Under the pieces are notes generated by a model, which ran no database searches, was not told where the DNA came from, and worked only from the letters and a program-made list of their open reading frames with translations. Of a stretch of DNA of 64,000 nucleotides, positions 60,951-64,000 are shown in pieces (positions within the stretch are counted from its first letter, which is position 1; each line of letters opens with the position of its first letter). The translations under genes were made by a program, and so were the position numbers. Origin of the DNA: an uncultured candidate division Zixibacteria bacterium. Lineage in GTDB: Bacteria > Zixibacteria > MSB-5A5 > GN15 > PGXB01. The DNA lies in assembly GCA_963702205.1 (NCBI GenBank), contig OY969724.1, positions 2,496,001 through 2,560,000 of the forward strand, read 5' to 3'.

Positions 60951-63233
60951 TTAATATTCCGCTAACGTTTTTGCCTGGTTGACGACTTTGGAAACCGACG
61001 GCAGACAGGCTTCGTCGCCGTCGATGCCATATGCCACCCGGCTGTCGAGCGCCGTTAACAGCTGAATCGGGGCATCGAGATAATCGAACATATTACGGGC
61101 GATATAAGCCGAAATGGTCGGCCCGACGCCGCCGTGGAAACGGTCCTCGGATACAATCAATATGCGGGCACAATCATCGACCGCTTTCTCGATTGCCTCC
61201 CAGTCGATCGGCTTGACGGTTCGCAGATCGACCACACGGGCTTTTATGCCCTGATCCGATAAAATATCGGCGGCTTTGAGTGAGATCGGCAGCGTGATGC
61301 CATAGCTGATAATGGCCAGGTCGGTCGCGTCTTCATTATAAACGGTGGCTTTGCCGAACGGAATCAACTGATCCAGCGGCGGATATTTGGCGAGAATATT
61401 GTGACCATCCCAATCGCGGCGGTTATACAGTGCCACCGCTTCGCAAAACAGTACCGGGTCGCCGGAAACATACGCTGTTCGCATCAATCCGGCGGCATCG
61501 GCGGCGTTGGTGGGAATCACTACATCAAGGCCGGGGATATTGATAAAACTCCCGAGGTTGGCTTCCGAGTGCCACATCGCACCCGCGCCTTGTTTATAGC
61601 CGCCATACGACGTTCTGATGACCATCGGCAGCGGATAGTGCGTGTTAGAGCGTTGGTATGTCGTCGCGATGCGGTCTTTCAACTGCTGATAGCCCGGGCT
61701 CATATAATCTATAAACTGAATTTCCGGAAAGGGTACGCGGCCCTGATAGGCATGGCCGATCGCACGGCCAAGAATTCCGGCTTCGTCCAAAGGTGTATTG
61801 AAGACGCGGTCGGGCCCGAAAGCGCGCTGAAGGTGCTGCGTAACAAGGAATACGCCGCCTTTGCCACGCAGCTTGCTCATAACTTTTTCGCCTTTGATAA
61901 AGGTCTCTTTTGGGAAATCCGCGACGTCCTCGCCGAATAAGACGGCGCTTTCGGACATGATGAAAATATCGAACAAGGTATAATTGATGGCCTTTCGCAT
62001 CGACATGGGAGGGAGGTTCTCGGGAAGGTCGGGGCTTTCGACCAAACCGGCGTCGTGAAATTTCCTATAAAGCCTTTCGCGTTTGCCCGAGCCGTCGCTT
62101 ATAATTTTGGCCCAGCGCTCTTCAGCGGTTTCGTGATTGTAGGCATAGACTTTGCCGGTGATGTCTTCTATCGTTTTGTAATGAATATCTGAGCAGACTT
62201 CCGCCGAAGTATGTTTGACTTCTTCATCTATTTCATCAAATAAATCCAGTATTTCCTTAACAGCCATTATGTTATCTTTGACAAAAGTAGCCGCCGTTTT
62301 TATCAGGGGGTCATTGTCGACGTGCCATTTTTGTTTATCGAGTTCCATATAATGAGCCTGGTCGTCCGACCCGGAATGAGACTCCAGCCGTACCACGGAA
62401 ATATTGGCAATCGATGGTCCCTTGCCGGAATTGACATAATCGTAGATTTCGCGGAAGTGCTTGATTGAATCCTTGATATCGGTGCCGTCGAAGTTGGCGA
62501 TTTTCAGCCCGAATCTTTGGAAGCCTTCGAACGACGTGGTTGGGTTGCCTTCGGGAAACTGCTCTTCGACACTGGTGGCGATGGCCCAGCCGCAGTTGTA
62601 AATATTAAAGACGTTTTTTGTTTTATTAAACGCCGAATAGAAGACGGCCCGGTGGAATTCGGGCGACGACGTCGCTCCTTCGCCAATGGCGCACAGCACG
62701 ACCGCATCCGGCCGGAACCGGCCGCCGTCGACACCAACCGGCCCTTTAATCGGGGTTGGATTTTTTAAAGCGTCGCCCAATCCGGCCGCTTCAAGCGCGT
62801 GCGATCCGGTCGGGGAGGCCTGAGGGAGGATAAATTTGTCTGGGTATGACGAATGCGACGCCTGCAGCATACCACCGGTCGATTCGGAACGGACGTCACC
62901 GACCGCTTCGAGTATTTTCTGGCGTATTGAGACGCCCCGGTGCATGTCGAAGGCTTTGTTACGATAATAACCGACGAAAGGATCGTCGGGTGCGGCAATT
63001 TGAGCCGAAACCACGTCGACAAGCTCCTTGCCGCCACAGCCAATAAAAAATTTGCAGACGCCTTTTCTGAGCAATAATTTTTCTTCGTGCTCGATTCTCC
63101 GAGCCAGAAGCATCGATTTATACATTCCGACAAGATCGGCTTTCTTCAAACCACCGTATCCGGATAAGTCAGCCTTGCCTTTGGCCGGTTGTTTTATCTT
63201 GCTGACGAATTCCCTGACATCGAAATATCCCAA
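60951..63233 (-). CDS. Fused alpha/beta E1 component of a 2-oxoacid dehydrogenase (TPP-dependent)
   Basis: Alpha part: GEGATS TPP motif and RLESHS. Beta part: FGEDV, RVFNTPLDE, EIQFIDY, HSE and VVDLRTVKPID. TTG start after AGGAGG. Confidence 0.9.
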   Translation of the reverse strand: MGYFDVREFVSKIKQPAKGKADLSGYGGLKKADLVGMYKSMLLARRIEHEEKLLLRKGVCKFFIGCGGKELVDVVSAQIAAPDDPFVGYYRNKAFDMHRGVSIRQKILEAVGDVRSESTGGMLQASHSSYPDKFILPQASPTGSHALEAAGLGDALKNPTPIKGPVGVDGGRFRPDAVVLCAIGEGATSSPEFHRAVFYSAFNKTKNVFNIYNCGWAIATSVEEQFPEGNPTTSFEGFQRFGLKIANFDGTDIKDSIKHFREIYDYVNSGKGPSIANISVVRLESHSGSDDQAHYMELDKQKWHVDNDPLIKTAATFVKDNIMAVKEILDLFDEIDEEVKHTSAEVCSDIHYKTIEDITGKVYAYNHETAEERWAKIISDGSGKRERLYRKFHDAGLVESPDLPENLPPMSMRKAINYTLFDIFIMSESAVLFGEDVADFPKETFIKGEKVMSKLRGKGGVFLVTQHLQRAFGPDRVFNTPLDEAGILGRAIGHAYQGRVPFPEIQFIDYMSPGYQQLKDRIATTYQRSNTHYPLPMVIRTSYGGYKQGAGAMWHSEANLGSFINIPGLDVVIPTNAADAAGLMRTAYVSGDPVLFCEAVALYNRRDWDGHNILAKYPPLDQLIPFGKATVYNEDATDLAIISYGITLPISLKAADILSDQGIKARVVDLRTVKPIDWEAIEKAVDDCARILIVSEDRFHGGVGPTISAYIARNMFDYLDAPIQLLTALDSRVAYGIDGDEACLPSVSKVVNQAKTLAEY

Positions 63234-63364
63234 AATGTCCTCCTGACATTATCTATAGTCCTATCAAGTTTTTATGAATTTAAAAGAATTTAAACTCAAT
63301 TGCAAGAACGGTTGAGAAAAGCCAAAGTTCCCTATGGATCGCGATATGGCCTTGCGGCAATTCC

Positions 63365-63398
63365 AAAAAAATAGGAGGCATTGAAAACAATGCCTCCT
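63365..63398 (-). terminator. Rho-independent terminator
   Basis: Minus strand AGGAGGCATTG-TTTT-CAATGCCTCCT-ATTTTTTT. Confidence 0.85.
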
Positions 63399-63422
63399 GT
63401 ACGATTCTATAATATCATTCCG

Positions 63423-64000
63423 TTATGGACAAGTCAATTCGCCGGTCTGATTGTAAACGACGCCTATTAAAGCGAGAATATCAATCAGATCTACATTGCC
63501 GGATGAATCGACGTCGGCGGCGTTCATATAAACCGGCGGATCGCCTGCGTTGTACACAAAGCCAATAACGAGCAGAATATCCACGAGATTGACCGCGCCG
63601 TCATCGTCGGCATCGCCGCAGACGAAGGCAGGATTAATCTCAATGGTCAGCGCCTTGGTGTCGACTCCGCCGACCTCGTCGGTCGCCTGCGCGGTGAATT
63701 CGACCGTGCCATACATTGACGGCGTGCCGGACAGGAGCCCGTCGGTACCCAGCGCCAGGCCGGTACCATCGAGGTCGTTATTGAGATCCGCCCAAACGAG
63801 ACCGCCCGTGCCGCCCTCGGCCACAAGCTGCTCGGAATAAGCATCATCCTGCTTGGCGGTTGGAAGTGTCTCAGTCGTGATCGCGACGGCCGGATTGACA
63901 CCAAGACCCAATGCCTTTTCCTGGCTTGAGCCGATAGCATCGGTGACTTCGGCCGTAAAGCTGATCGGTCCCGCCTGAGTCGGAACACCGGTTACTGATC
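63423..64000 (-). CDS. C-terminal part of a large exported protein with putative-Ig (He_PIG) repeats and a dockerin-like C-terminal domain; 5' end lies outside the window
   Basis: Frame is open to 64000. Ig-like repeats (ITTETLP..YSEQL..GLLSGTP..FTAQATD) are followed by CGDADDDGAVNLVDIL...ADVDSSGNVDLIDIL. Confidence 0.85.
   Translation of the reverse strand, partial: SVTGVPTQAGPISFTAEVTDAIGSSQEKALGLGVNPAVAITTETLPTAKQDDAYSEQLVAEGGTGGLVWADLNNDLDGTGLALGTDGLLSGTPSMYGTVEFTAQATDEVGGVDTKALTIEINPAFVCGDADDDGAVNLVDILLVIGFVYNAGDPPVYMNAADVDSSGNVDLIDILALIGVVYNQTGELTCP

Noticed and set aside
1..64000. CRISPR arrays, tRNA/rRNA genes, IS elements, prophage or defence genes
   Set aside because: Intergenic gaps are short. 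No regularly spaced repeats, cloverleaf structures, transposase, integrase or phage motifs were recognised by eye. Covariance-model searches were not run.

Overview
Gene-dense bacterial window (standard code 11; TGA is an ordinary stop at several gene ends) from a diderm organism. GWxTD proteins, a dockerin-like C-terminal domain and secreted proteins ending in a 'VYPNPY...SGIYYY' C-terminal domain point to the FCB neighbourhood, probably Zixibacteria-like (inference). Left to right: a truncated S9 peptidase; a two-CW protein; a Zn-ribbon/PEGA/TPR membrane protein split at an A9 run; a Cys-repeat lipoprotein; a TolC-MacA-ABC operon with three permeases followed by two GWxTD genes; three tandem DUF1573-like paralogs; a peptidase/SDR/DMT/LOG/DUF72/CheW/MFS block; four tandem ~860-890 aa secreted paralogs; an M16 peptidase pair; glgP, pckA, pfkA, tdh, kbl; a Ser/Thr kinase and PP2C phosphatase pair; a GT-C glycosyltransferase; a Gld-type ABC system; a fused 2-oxoacid dehydrogenase E1; and a partial Ig-repeat/dockerin protein. 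Best finding: the middle DUF1573 paralog (17559-18332, minus) has an in-frame TGA at codon 68, exactly where its neighbour has Cys68 (KPG-U-GC versus KPG-C-GC), followed by a bacterial-SECIS-like hairpin. This suggests an exported selenoprotein sitting beside a Cys copy and a single-Cys copy. Several single-base indels (TolC, LOG, possibly the second GWxTD gene) look like assembly errors. No rRNA, tRNA, CRISPR array or mobile element was recognised.
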